A stretch of DNA of 64,000 bases from Eledone cirrhosa (lineage: Eukaryota), in NCBI GenBank assembly GCA_964016885.1, contig OZ024758.1, forward strand, positions 20,522,001 through 20,586,000, given 5' to 3'. The notes under the pieces are model-generated. The model saw only the letters and a list, made by a program, of their open reading frames with translations, ran no database searches and was not told the origin of the DNA. How positions within the stretch are numbered: the first letter of the stretch is position 1; every line of letters begins with the position of its first letter. The position numbers and the translations under genes are program-made. This document shows, piece after piece, positions 48,789 through 62,753 of the stretch.

Positions 48789-49096
48789 TGGGGATTCCTT
48801 TCTTTGTTTGTGTGTCTCTCCTTTGATCTGTCCTACGCCATTTTGTTTATGTGTGTGTGTTGTGTGCTCAGTCTGCGCATGCGCCACATCCGGGTGTCTG
48901 TGTGTGTTTATGTTCATTTATTTATTTGTTTATTTACATGTTACTAGCTGGTTGTTTGTTCTGTGTGTGTGTGTTTTCATTTTGTCCTTAGGACAAAATG
49001 AAAACACACACGTTCCTATCACCCACTCTACTAACCTAAGTATTGAGTACTTTGGTGCGTTATGGTCCATCTGGTTCTGTACTACATTCGCTTCGT

Positions 49097-49170
<74 letters not shown>

Positions 49171-49353
49171 ATAGAGGTGTAACACACAAGTTATGATATA
49201 TTGGTAAACGGAAAAGGAAATGCTGACAAATTGTTCACAGTGAAAAATAGTTTAATTAGGAATAAGTGAGAATTTGTAATAGTATTGGTTAGTATTCAGT
49301 TTTGGTTTTAAGTTTTACCGGTTGCGCATTTCTAATGCTTTTCGAAAATTATT

Positions 49354-49422
49354 TTGAGATAGAGCGTCCGTGATGTTTGCTCTAATCTGATTAGAGCAAA
49401 CATCACGGACACTCTATCTCAA
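49354..49422. repeat. 34-bp-arm palindrome centred at 49388
   Basis: ttgagatagagcgtccgtgatgtttgctctaatc-t-gattagagcaaacatcacggacactctatctcaa; one mismatch. Confidence 0.9.
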
Positions 49423-49473
49423 CATTATTTTTACCACATAGCATGTATTTCATTTTCTTATAGCATTTTAAGA

Positions 49474-49560
49474 GGGTCCGTCGAGCTGCCGATTATTGAG
49501 TCGGGTAGGATCGATATAGATCGAACCTTGAGCTGATCAGTGGCGAAACGCGCGTCACCT
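49474..49560 (+). ncRNA. Degenerate hammerhead family G with long stem II
   Basis: gggt-CCGTCGA-gctgccgatt..aggatcgat atag atcgaacct..gatcagtggc-GAAAC GCGC GTC^acct. Confidence 0.6.
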
Positions 49561-49707
49561 AATCAATAAATGAAGGAATAATCAATCGTCCTTTTTATCC
49601 TTTCTATATTGTACACTCTGTATAGCTCTACACATCATCACAGAAGTGAACCTATACATCGAGTGCTCACCCGGGTGAACCTGCAGTAACTCCTAGTTAC
49701 ACCCACT

Positions 49708-49786
<79 letters not shown>

Positions 49787-51927
49787 TAGATATATATATT
49801 TGTATATATATATATGTATATATAGGATATATGAAGATGAAAAGTCGAGGAAAATAATGCTTATACATGTTAAGTATTGGGGATTTTATTCACAATAAAC
49901 ATATATATAACTAGATATATTAGCGTTCTACTCAATGAAGATACGTATTTTAACGTTTGTAAACTCGATGTAGAGCTGTTGTAAGTAACTCATTTACGCA
50001 AAAGTGTACATGCTTTTGTTGAAACACATCTTATTACATGTAATTTAATAAACAAAACATACAGATAAATATATATAATGTTACACAATGAAACAAATAA
50101 TACAAAATGTAATAGTTACTTACTTCAGTAGTTTACCTGTTTTTCAGTTGGCAAAAACATTCATAGCACTCATGTAACCCATATTAGCACCACCAAATTG
50201 CATGTGTTTTGTCAAATTGCATGTGTTTCGTCAAATTGTAGCGTGGCATGTGTATAATGCGTGTATTGGTTCTTATAGGTAGGGTTAAAAAACGTTAATT
50301 AATCAGGAATTCTAAGAGCCCTTGTGAAGGAGAAACACGAGAACAGCATGACTAGTTTTGAAAAATTAATAAAATAATAAACCATCCAATTGCTGTACAC
50401 TTTTTTAATGGTTAAAAAATGAACATTGTCAAAGAACAATAACGTTGTTATATGTTTATTTCAGTAGCATAAAATAAAGCCGTTCGTTCGAACATATTTT
50501 ATTAAATCAATGAAAAATTATCAGTGTAAAAGTTCGAGGTAGTTTATCGATCGATCTGTAAAGGAAAACATTTAATTAATCATCGAATTTAAGTGGCACT
50601 GACTGGGTCATGAATTTGGACATCAATACTTGGTATTTAGAATGTGTGTCGCTTAGGATTATTGATCGCCATTCTTGACCCTCTATGAGATCAAAAGGTG
50701 TCAGGCAAGCCTGTTAAAATGAGCTTCAATTTATTTCCTTTAAATCAGAGTAAAATAACGTGTTACGCATAAATTACATTCAGACGAAATAGCTTTGTTT
50801 AAAGGAACATTACAAAAGCAAAGAAAAAAATGTATTTTGAAATTATTCATATGCTTTCAATTCAGTCTGTCGAATAATGAAAATGGATATGTTAGCGGAG
50901 CTGATTAACATCAATGTCTATACAACGACGAAATGCTTTCTCGTAACAATAATGGAATTGATTACATTAAACTTTACAGAATTAATAATCATTTTCTAAA
51001 ACACCAGAATTATGTTTGACTCTGCTTCGTGTGAACGAATATCAGAGAAACCAATAGCCAAAAAAATTATAAATAGGTCTCAGACATGTCGGCATAGTGG
51101 ACAGAAATATGTAATTTGCTACCGTAAAAAAATGGACGATTACTACAAAATTATGTGAACTATTGTTAATTTCGTTAAGGATCATTAATGCGTATATGCC
51201 AATTTCCAATTAGTGAGAAGACATGATTACTGGCGAACCTGAGGCATTCAGGTATTAATTCATAACAAGAATCATAATATTCGTAGCGAATATACAGCAA
51301 TCACCAAAAGTTAACTCTGCGTTTCTCATATCATACATAATTCAAATTATGTATGACATGAAAGATGCAACATAAACGCTATAAGATAACACAGAGTTCG
51401 TTCGTTAGTAATTTATTTGTCTGTATAGAGCTATATGTAGTTATATCGAGCAATGGCAATTTCCTACAACTAGTCAAAAGCGGAAAGTGAGTGAAATGAT
51501 TTTATCACTGATATTGAATTAGTGACAAGGAATACAAACGAAGCAGACGTCAGAAATTATGTCAACACTCTATCCATTGCGTTACGATCGTATCTCAAAC
51601 CGTTTCTCTTCTACTATCTTTCAACCTGCAAATCTATGAGTTAGTTGTAAAAAAGCCTAAGGACTAATGCTTAAAACACACTGTTTAATTGAGTTAATTA
51701 TAGCATTTACGTTATCAGAGAATGTTCAATTCATTATATCACGTTAACTTTGTTATTCTAATGAATTCTAAGGAGAATCTCGTTAATAATAAAGTTTCGA
51801 TAAATGTAATTATCCTTTGAATATTATCAGCCACGTGATATAAAACAAATGAGACTGTTATTTACATATCACGAGAAGAATTTAGCAAAATAAACTTTAC
51901 TTCATGAAATAAAATATATTAGTTATG

Positions 51928-52046
51928 GGCGGTGGATATGCAGTGTTGGTAGACGGTCGGACAAGATGTGTTGAAGCATAGAGTTGCGTTCGTTTACGTT
52001 CTGAGCTCAAACCACGCCAGGGATAGCTTTGCTTTGTATACTTACG
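51928..52046 (+). mobile_element. SINE copy, 3'-truncated
   Basis: ggcggtggat..ggtagacggtcggac..ttctgagctcaaacc..ctttgcttt. Confidence 0.7.
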
Positions 52047-52359
52047 CATGAAGACAGGCAATTACTGGGTACGTAAGCTTACCACAATAATTGTGTCTAT
52101 CACAAACTCGTAAGATTCGAGTCCTACTGATACCATCATCATCCGGCGGCCTCAACCGAACTCGACTCAACAATTGATCTCCACGTAGGTCTGTCATTCA
52201 TTGCCGCTGCCTAATCCTGGATTTCAATACCAGAATCTCTGGAGATGACATTGGTATAGGAGACATTGCGCCCCCTGTTAATAGTTAATTATTGGGACAT
52301 ATACATATATTGTTTTTTGACTTACGGGCACCTCAAATATCATTACGCATATATATAAT

Positions 52360-52571
52360 TAATTATTTCTAATGTGGCACAAGGTCAGCAATTTGAAGGG
52401 GAAGGGAAAGCCGATTAAATCGACTCCAGTGCACACTGGTTCTTTATTTTATCGATCCCGTAAGGATGAAATACAAAGCTAAACTCAGCGGGATTTGAAC
52501 TCAGGACAAAAGAGAGCCGTAACTCTCTGTTGCGAAGCATGATGACCGACGCTCTAAATTCAGCCATTTCC
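52360..52571 (-). mobile_element. tRNA-derived SINE copy
   Basis: atcgatcccgtaaggatgaaa..gggatttgaactcag on the + strand. Confidence 0.8.
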
Positions 52572-53713
52572 AATATATAGGATATATCAACATTCGTTGA
52601 GACAAATATATTATGCATACACACGTTAGAACGGGACAAAAGTACTCAGGATACTCGGGAGGGAAATGACACAAGTGATTGTATAAGTTAATACTCACAC
52701 ATATATGGCTCGAAAGATCTCTTATCCAAACAATTATATAATCAGACGATTGATTTCTTTCAGTATTTGTGTTCAATTCACATTAATATATCAACGAAAT
52801 ACACACCTGCTCCCCTCTGTTATTAGTAGAAAATAGATGATAAATGTATTTCTAATAATAATAATTGGCGGAAAACAAGGTAACGAATTATATTCCTAGA
52901 TGAAACTGTATCCATCGGTTCCTCGTGAGAGTCATATAAGCCATATCATCTGATTGCAAACCGTCAATCTTTCATTTTATATTATATTTAACACATGTTT
53001 CAATGTCCTTAAACGTAACAAGAATTTCATAATATTTCACCAAATTAACTAATTCTATGTCAATGTTCTTCCATTAAATACATAACGCATTCGGTAAATG
53101 AAAGAACGCATTAATGGTTCGTGAGTCTTGCATAATCTGAAATATTATCTCTACTGGATTTAAATTATTATTTATAACTAGGTACAGCATATGCTAATAA
53201 ATACACTATTTAGAATTAAAGTAGACTTTAGACACAATCTATATAAACGTAGTGTCTATCAAAACAATAATATCTCTTAATATAAAAGCAGAAACACAAC
53301 AGAATTTTAATCATTGCATCACATTCTTAGAAAAAAATCAATAATCCTGACAGATTCTTTTAATTTTTGCCAGACTAAAAAGCTAGAAAAGGTCAAACCT
53401 GTGTCACTGCCTTTACAACATTCTGCCTTCAAACGTTACACACTTCATAAATCAGATCTTTGGACAGGAATTAATTGAGGTGGAACGTCAAATTTATTTA
53501 TTGAATTTAGGAGTGGCTATGATTAATAATCTATATATAGGTTACTGGTCACGTGACAAAGGGCAGCAATCACGGTGTCAACACCTCATGTATAGATACA
53601 CGCACACATACATATATATATATATGCATATATATATATATATATATAATATATATATATATATGTATTTTCATAAATATATATATATATATTTATACAT
53701 ATAGATGTTTATA

Positions 53714-53791
<78 letters not shown>

Positions 53792-54936
53792 ATGTGTGTG
53801 TGTATGTGTATGTATATATACATTTATTTATTGTGTGTAGGTATTTTGAGGTGTGGTTGTGCGTGAATATATTTAGTCTAGTCAAAACATCGTGTTGAAT
53901 TACGTATCTTTTTTTAATCAAGATGTCTAACATGTGTCAGCACTTGTGTCGAGATATAATAACAACATGTTTCCCCGGAGAATGGGGAAGGAGTCGCTTT
54001 GGATGTGTCATTCGTGGTAGCGAGGCTCACACCTGCACATTCGTGCGGATGGCGGTGACAGAAGAGGTGGTCAAAGGACCAAGGACACCAGAAGTTTCCA
54101 CTGCTAATTTGGGTATTTATTTGAATATTACACATACACTGGGATGCCGGTGAAACTTTTTTTCGAGTGTATGCAATATACCCTCGAGTGTATATAATAT
54201 AGACTTGAGGCAACTATAATAAATAATGTATTTTATTGGTTTGGCATATCTTGGCAAGTGCCCAGTGACTAAAAGCAGTAACATATGAAAACCATTCAAC
54301 AATTTCACTCTACCAAATATATGACTAATTATTGTATCATGTAACACAGTATCTGCTATTATTGTAGTAGGACTTTCAATTTAAACTTTCAATTTAAAGT
54401 TAAGTCATTATTTATTCAAATTGTTTCCCTGTAACTTTTTTCACTATAGAGTCGTTGTGCTATACATCTGAATTGACCTGATTAAATATATTATCGTTGA
54501 AATATATGTATTCTTTTATAAAAGGCAGAATTGTTTATATCTATGTCAAACAATTATTTGCTACAATGGTACATTAATTTACATTTAAAATGAAACAATA
54601 CAGTGCCAACGCAAGTCGGTTGCATTGTTTGGAGATAATAAATATAAACCTGCTGAAATGCTTGTTAGGTAATAAACACTGTTATCATAGAATCATATAA
54701 TCATCAGATCAAGAAAATTAAATACGCAGTGGCTCTATCGATTTTGGCCATATATATATATATATATGTATGCACGTGTGTGAGTGTGTGTGTGTATGTA
54801 TCTGTGTATGTGTGTGTGCGTGTGTGCGTGTGTGCGTGTGTGCGTGTGTGCTTCTGTGTGTATCCCGGGTTCAATCTCGAGGGTAACCACAGTAAGTAAC
54901 GTACTCAATACATAGCATTGTATACATATTTAATAT

Positions 54937-55048
54937 AGAAATGGTTTCTACAGGACTCGAACAGTCCCATTCGTAGGAAACCAACAGAAAAGGTTTCTTA
55001 ATGATTTCCTTCGAATTAAACAGTTCTAGCCCTGTAGAAGCCATATCT
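54937..55048. repeat. Old fold-back of two degenerate hammerheads (family I; partial copy at 9403-9450 minus)
   Basis: + arm ggtttc-TTAATGA-..-TAAACAG ttctagcc CTGTA^gaagcc; the 9403 copy retains GAAACAG tactagtc CTGTA gaagc. Confidence 0.55.
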
Positions 55049-55543
55049 CTGTATATATATGATCATATATATTCATTCTTATTTAGGCTAAAGGCGTGTC
55101 TTGTTACTCGGGTGGTGTGCTTGTTAATCATAAATATACTCCAGAGTAACAAGACTCGAATTTTAGCATTAGTAATATTGAATATTAATCTCTACCTCGG
55201 TATTAAGTACTTCTTAATATATATATATATGTGTGTGTGTGCGTGTGTGTGTGTATGTGGTGTGTGTGGATGTGCTTGTGTGTAAGTATATGTGTGTGAG
55301 TGTGTGTGCATATGTGTACTTAATATATGTTACATTCCGGTGTTCTATCAGGACAATATCTCAACAACATTTTTTTTTTAAATAGAATTAAATGACGTTG
55401 TCTAATATTCTCTATGGAGCTTTCTATTTATTAAGAAAAATATACATTTTTTATTATAGTATATAATATTATTATATCGTGTCTTATACGTGTTCTTTTC
55501 TTTTATTTTACAGAAAGTGCCTGTCGCTAAGGTTGTTAATCGG

Positions 55544-56766
55544 ATGCGTGTTCCCATGACGACGAAAGCTTTTGAAGTGCTATTATGGCTACAAACTGGC
55601 CTCGTTCTAGCCGTGGCGGTTGTGCTGCGGGTAACGTCGGCCGAGTGCAAATTCCCCAGTTTCATGCACACGGAGCAGAATGCTTGGGTAAGAGGTTACG
55701 AAAAAGGTGACCGATTTGTGGCGTACTTTCAAGATGGTATTATGAAAGCCAGTAGTTGTCGAGATCGACAATGTACTCGATACGAAAGAAAATGCATAGA
55801 AGAATTACCTAACGGTAAATTCATAGCGTCACATATAGAGCAGCCTCATTCGACCAGTTATGTTTGTATGGAATTCCTGCGTCGAGGGGAAATCATTGTT
55901 CAGCTAAAACAATCAGGAATATCTAAAAAGAATTATCCAGAAATTTGTAATAATTTAAGTTTAGACATGTGGCCATTAGTACTGCTAGAAAAACTTCTTG
56001 AGCACAAAGTTAGCTGCCCATTCTCAGGGGGTTACAATTTACAAATGTTTGATAGCAGTGGGTCTGCGCTATGCCGTGAAGAAATAGTTCCTATTAGGCT
56101 GGAAAGTGAGTGTGAATCAGGAGAAGGTATGATGATTCACTTTAGAACTGAGGCTTGTATACATAAAGATTTAAATATGGAAGTAAAACAAAAGTTATAC
56201 TGTCTTGCTCATTGGAATGAAGGCCCTTTCAGATTTATCATTCTTCGAGAAAAAAATCGACGAAGTAACATCTGGTCGCTTCGTGTAAAAGAGCCTGTTA
56301 ATGAAATTAAATCTGCAGCTTTATTCATGGTGCCTGTCTGCGACACTGGGGAAAAAATTACAGAAACAGAAATGTATCTTCAATTGAAACTTGATAAATA
56401 TGTGGTGTCAACAACCTGTGCCGACGAGTTCAAAGATTGCGCTCATTTTGTGCAGTTCTGTGATTCAGGCTATCGCCAACATTGCTCAAATTCATGTAGA
56501 GACTGTCGCCAAGACGTTATTAAACTATGTCCGTTTTCTGAGCGCTTGCGTAGCACATGGGTGCAAAGTATGAAAAAAAATAAACAGCTCGCCGTAAATA
56601 TTTCACATTACCAAATATCTATTCAAACTCTTGGGATGTTTCACTGTTTGGTAGCTAAAGGTAAAAGTACACCAGGTAGCGATGTTCTACTACAATTGTT
56701 TCAAAATGGATGTTACCCAAGGTACACATGTCTCCAAATTGAGAAAACAGCACCGTCAGTTATAAG
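55544..56766 (+). CDS. Coding exon of a Cys-rich secreted/extracellular protein (signal peptide, repeated CxF modules, ShK-like module); gene continues downstream
   Basis: ~408 open codons of non-repetitive sequence. Acceptor ttttcttttattttacag|A at 55513/55514; ATGs at 55544 and 55556; hydrophobic signal LLWLQTGLVLAVAVVLRVTSA-EC. Modules CKFPSF..W, CPFSGGYNL..LYCLAHWNEG and CPFSERLRSTW recall invertebrate DUF7042/7043/7044-type proteins (recalled, not searched). Six-Cys CADEFKDC..C..C..C..C at 56417-56506. Donor AG|GTAAAT at 56766/56767 (phase 2), so the TAA is intronic. Confidence 0.88.
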
Positions 56767-56873
56767 GTAAATATATATTTCTATTTCCAATATAATATTG
56801 AAAAGAGAAATTGATAAGAATCGTTATATGCATATTACTACCAATATCACCAATTCTGTTCATTGTTGTAGAT

Positions 56874-57174
56874 CGGGATGTTCAACATATTCCATTGGCG
56901 GGCCACTTTTGAACATTGGACCAACTATTAAGGCCATTTATTAATTACAATACCATAGATTCACCACAACCTGTTTCAATAACATGGCACTGGGAAATTA
57001 TAACTCTCATAACTCTATCAGTGAAGCCCTTTAATATAGGTCAAATAACAGAAAATTGTAACGGAATCGAAAACAATTGTAAATAATCCTAGAAGTTGAA
57101 AATTAAAAACGTGCCACTTTGACTGGTGTGGCGGGCCGGATTGTAGCCCACGGGCCACTCGCTGCATGCCCCTG
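56874..57174. mobile_element. hAT (Charlie-like) MITE in the intron
   Basis: Termini cgggatgttc../..gcatgcccctg, subterminal gcgggcc motifs, 8-bp TSD ttgtagat (56866-56873) / ttgtagag (57175-57182). Confidence 0.75.
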
Positions 57175-57344
57175 TTGTAGAGCATATATGTAGACAACTC
57201 CTCAGAGTTGATAAATAAGTAACATTGACAGCAATATGATGTGTGCGGTTGCATTAATGTACGAGTTTTATGATAGAGTTCACAGATGTTAAGAACGAGG
57301 TATGGGAATTTGACCAGTAGATTTAAGTCTGAATGTTTGTCATA

Positions 57345-57755
57345 CAATAGTTATGCCGATGGAGATAAGGACCATATATTCATAGGAATTATACACTAGA
57401 TGTCTGGTGAGTATAATTGTCATATACTCCAGATGTCATGACCGTATGGCTGTCATGGGAATTATAATCAAGATGTCTAGTCTGTATGATGTCATGTGGT
57501 TTATACTCCAGATGTCATGACCTTATGGCTCTCATGGGAATTACACTACAAATGCCTCGTCCTAATAGTTGTGGTGGAAATTATATTCTAGATGTATGCC
57601 TCGTATTGTTGTCATGGGAATTATACACTATATGTCATTACCGTATATTGATCATGGGAATTACACTACAGATGTCTGGTGCCTATGAATGTCATGGGGT
57701 TTATGCTCCGGATGTCTGTCTCATATCGTTGACATGAAAATTATACTCCAGATCT
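57345..57755. repeat. Diverged ~40-bp minisatellite, ~10 units
   Basis: Recurring gtcatgggaatta(t/c)actccagatgtc at ~40-bp spacing. Confidence 0.85.
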
Positions 57756-60700
57756 TGTGCGAATGATTGAAATAGAATAATTTAAAGAAGGAACCAATGT
57801 AGTAGTGTTTAGTCAGACAGCGTTATGCTACTACATTCCAAATAAAAAAAGAAACCTGTGTTATGTAGAGGTCTATATTTAGAGTAAAATAAACAAAAGG
57901 ATGTTTAAAATCATTTCTATCTCATTATGTTGGCGATGCAACACTTGCCAATGATATTGTTGCTCTTGCTGTTGCTTCGTTGTCTTTCTTCGCTTATATC
58001 CGAGCTTGTCACCCTTTTCTTAATTTGTCAAATTTGAATTGTGCATAAAATCTTGTCTCTTGCATTCTCACTATGTTTTCTATACATCTTCAGTTTTTAC
58101 ATGTTTTCTGTGTTTTCAGAAATTTTGAGATCGTAATCGCCACCAACACGATGTGGCCAGCATCTCTCGCCAGACGGGAGTTGCACTTATTGAAACAAGT
58201 ATAAATAAAACAAATGTGAGTCCCCCCAACAGAATGTGTGTCTGAAGTTAGCGCTTTACTTTAATTCATACGGATGATAATGTGGTAGATGTTCAATAGT
58301 AATGCAGCATTCCATTCGTGAAAAACGAATTGTTATTTAGTGACCTGAAAATGTATCCTAGGCATATTACAGATTCTCCTGCCCTCACGTCCGTTCCTGC
58401 TCTCCTACTACCTTCTTCTTCTTAGTAGAAAGGTGAATTAAATAATGACAAAGATTTAAAATTTGAAAACAGATACAATTGAGGTTACAGTGTATTTCAA
58501 CATTCCGTGTACAATAAAGGACGTATCAATGAAATACTGTTTGAATTAATAATCGTTAAACCCACCTATATGTCTGTCATTGACGCTAAAATTGTATCAT
58601 CTCTGGCCTTATCGCTAATTGCTATTATGGCAGCTGAATATTGCGTTTCGCCTTAGATGTAACACAACTGACCACATATTCAAAAAGTGGCCGGGCTTCG
58701 TGAAATCAAGGTAATGCGATCCTATTCCCGAAAGGTTGAGCAACACTTTAGCTTACGAGCCAAGTATATAATTCTCTCTTTACACGGGGAAACTCATGAA
58801 GAGTTTTGTAATTATTTTTGTAGAATCGAAATACCTGACTTACGATTACGAGGTGCAGGCTAGGTGACAGAAATAAAATAGCCAGAAATGTAGAAAGGAA
58901 ATGTATATGCTCGAGTAATAAGGAGCTGTGAATGAGATGAATGCCATATTTAAACTAGTTTCCTCAGACAAATGGATTTGATGAACAGCTGTCGTATAGT
59001 TTTGATAATTCTGCTAATATTTTCACTGCTTATTGTAAAGAATATATGGTATCAAATCATTTCTTCTTTCATTTATTGGCGCGTTTGTTTCGCTTTAATC
59101 CTTTTGAGGCGGGGCAAATATTCCTCAATTCTAGATTGTATCCTAGACCTTCTGAAAGAAAAACGGATAATAATACAAAGAAATGAAAACGATGCAAATT
59201 TTAATGAATACGTATTTGTTTAGACTTTGCTTTCTTATCTCTGTGAGATTTGAAATAAATATACGCAAATTCATTTATAAGATGTAAGCTTAGAAATTAG
59301 AAACCAAATACAATAGTGAGACATTACTAAACAAATAGGTGTTCCCTAAAAATCTGGTCACCTGTCAATACCAGGAATTATTTAAATATGTCTTCCGGCT
59401 GTTTTCGTTAAAGCCATGTAGCATCTCTAGAAATAAGACCTATTCATAGATATTCTGATATATGCAAACTCTGCAAACTTTAATCTCCATCTTCATTTAA
59501 ATGTTAAGATTCATGCGTGAGAAGTATTTATGTGCTGCAATGAGAATAAGTTAATTAAACTTTACTGACGTTATTTCCCAACGAGATTTGACAGCTGCAA
59601 TCTAGCAAACGAATGGAGTTTAATAGATTGTTTGCATGACGATACAAAAACAACAGATAGCATTAAGAAGAAATTTTAAAAATATGCAATCTCTATTGAA
59701 TATAACTTTTAGAATTTAGCCTGAAATTGATCTAAGTTTGAAATTATATATATATATATATATATACATGTATATATACAATGATGGTACGTAAATTTAC
59801 GTAAGAAGGATGAGGTTTGGAATTTCGAATCGGATCCAATTCTTTATACATGCATATTAATTAGATCCGACGTTTTTGTATTAATGTAGATTTCTTCTTA
59901 TTTTATTCACCTATTATTTTACTGATTGGAACTTGAGTGGTTATACATATTACGCTCTCGTTCAAATGAAAAAGAAAATCGGCCGCCAGGAAAAGAAGAA
60001 ATACAGAAATTACAAAACAACCAAATGGATATTCATCGAACTTTCTACTCTTTGTACAATCAACTATCGAATAAAATACATGCACCAAACATATATGATT
60101 TGTTTGAACTGAAATCTTCAGGTTGGCGAGTTAGTTTATTTGTTTATCTGCCAGGTATTGTTTATCTGCCAGTTATCGACTACACCTCGGCACGAAGCAG
60201 GGTCACTTGTTCAACGATCTCAACTCACTAGCTATGGAACTAACTGGGCGTTCAATTGGCAGTATTGGTAGTATCGGAGAACATGTTTTACGGCATATAC
60301 TTAATTCTTTCAAATCAAAACCCGTCGACGATAGCTTTATTTTTCGTCCTTATTACCGGCGTCGACTCGATTTTAATAAATTTTCTCCACATCAAAAGAT
60401 TTGTTTACTTTCTTATGAATCATGAACCGTTATTTATGCTATTATAAGTGATAGTATTAATACTATGTGTCAACTATAACATGTGAAATGAAATAAAGTG
60501 TTGTGAATATACAATATATGTGCAAATATTATTCAAAAAATATATTAATAAATTCACATTATTATTATTTATTAAAGTAACAGTAATGCATTCGGATACT
60601 TGCTAGCCTTGTGCCAAAAGGTAGAAACAATTATTGTAAATTATCTGTCTCCAATATAATATGTCAACTGAGGTAAAATGTTGCGAATATATAATAAATG

Positions 60701-61187
60701 TCCAAGTATTCGACAAAGCATGTATCAATAAAATCTTATTTTTTAACATGAAGCAGCTGTTTCCTTTCTTAATTCATATTATTTTGAAATCTTCAGAGAA
60801 TATGCCAGAAAAAGTTTGTTGCATTATATTTGCAAAAGTTTTGTCTGGATTTGTCTCAAATAATTTTATTTTGAATGATATGTTTTGAATTATTTAGTAT
60901 GAGAGGTCTACATTGAAATTATATAAATATGTTTGTGAGGAAAATAGAAAAAAAAAGAATTGAACGTATTAAATGAATAAATTAAATATATAACTGTCAA
61001 TGCATTGCATATCATAATTAATAATATAAAAGTGTATCTCACGAAAAGCCCCAAAAGACGTCATTCCAATTATAAAATATATATTTCAATACTGGAGCCG
61101 CAAAATAAAAGGTTTTGATATTAAACATAAAGGCATGATTCGAATGAATGTGGATTGGGACATAATTACCATTCTATTGCCATAATT

Positions 61188-61395
61188 ATTATTTTTCATA
61201 TAGGCACAACGCCGGCAATTTTGAGGGAGGGGAAAGTCAATTAAATCTACACCAGTGCGGCACTGGTATTTTATTTTCTAGACCCCGTAAGGATGAAAGG
61301 CAAAGTAGTCCTAGGCGAGATTGGAACTCAGATTATAAAGCGCCGTAACTATGCTGAAAAGCATTGTGTCCGACCCTCTAGCGATAATGCCAATT
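61188..61395 (-). mobile_element. tRNA-derived SINE copy
   Basis: gaccccgtaaggatgaaaggcaaag..ggaactcag on the + strand. Confidence 0.8.
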
Positions 61396-61428
61396 AAATA
61401 AGATTGAGGTCAACCGCAATATATATCC

Positions 61429-61459
<31 letters not shown>

Positions 61460-61510
61460 GGTATGTATATATAGTATGCATATGTATAATTCTATATGTA
61501 TATATATAAG

Positions 61511-61692
<182 letters not shown>

Positions 61693-61819
61693 AAAGTTTT
61701 ATTTAAAATTGTTGTGCTACAACAAGTAGATATTTTATAACTGATATAAAGCACTAAACAAGTTTTGGAGTAGATATACGATATGAAACAAATGGAAACT
61801 TTATTTATAAAACCATATT

Positions 61820-61885
61820 TATTTCATTATACATATTTCGGGGATACCATATTAAAAATATGGCATGGCTTCTTCAGGTAAAATA
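61820..61885 (-). ncRNA. Hammerhead family E, intact core (left arm of fold-back 61774-62137)
   Basis: CTGAAGA-..atgccatatt ttt aatatggtat..-GAAATATGTATA^atgaaata. Confidence 0.8.
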
Positions 61886-62025
61886 CAATATATAAACTGT
61901 TTTATAAATAATTTTGACGTACCATAAATATTGAGCAACCGTTATATAGGAAACCGGCTTCCTATATAACCGTTGCTCAATATTTATGGTACGTCAACAT
62001 TATTTATAAAACTGTTTATATATTG

Positions 62026-62091
62026 TATTTTATCTGAAGAAGGCATGCCATATTTTTAATATGGTATCCCCGAAATATGTATAATGAAATA
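62026..62091 (+). ncRNA. Hammerhead family E, intact core (right arm)
   Basis: tattttat-CTGAAGA..GAAATATGTATA^atgaaata; predicted cleavage after 62083. Confidence 0.82.
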
Positions 62092-62132
62092 AATATGTTT
62101 TTATAAATATAGTTTCCATTTGTTTAATATCG

Positions 62133-62230
<98 letters not shown>

Positions 62231-62337
62231 AATATATATATATATATAGAAATAAAATACAAAGTTACTTACTCATATTGATACCATGCAATTAACAAGG
62301 TCAAAGTATGAATACTGATCATTATATAATAATATAT

Positions 62338-62527
62338 GGAGGATTGTCAGTATCGGGTGAGAGGGTCGGACGCCTTGCTTTGATGCAAAGAGTTACGGCC
62401 CTTTCAATTCTAGGTTCAAATCCCGCCGAGTTTAACTTTGCCTTTCATCCTTACGGGGTCGATAAAATAAAGTACCAGTAATACACTGAGTATTTGCTGG
62501 CCTTGTGCCTAAAAGTAGAAACGATTA
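62338..62527 (+). mobile_element. tRNA-derived SINE copy
   Basis: ggttcaaatcccgccgag..gcctttcatccttacggggtcgataaaataaagtacc. Confidence 0.85.
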
Positions 62528-62672
62528 TACAATAATATATGTAGAAATAAACACAGTAAATTGTGTGTCTAAAATTACGAGGGTAGAAATAGCACATTGC
62601 TTTGTTAGATTTAACCTGAGGCATACGTATAAATAACTATTCCATCTCTTGGTCAGATTAGAGATTTAGTCT

Positions 62673-62753
<81 letters not shown>

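Noticed and set aside
53914-54213. GC-richer patch with short ORFs on both strands
   Set aside because: No recognisable motif or paired splice sites; could be a UTR exon or old repeat but is unsupported.
57345-57755. CRISPR-like repeat/spacer appearance
   Set aside because: Units are degenerate along their whole length, the context is eukaryotic, and there are no cas genes.
58120-58203. Candidate next exon (acceptor ttttctgtgttttcag, phase-compatible, NFEIVIATNTMWPASL..)
   Set aside because: In-frame stop before a convincing donor; cannot be supported without RNA data.
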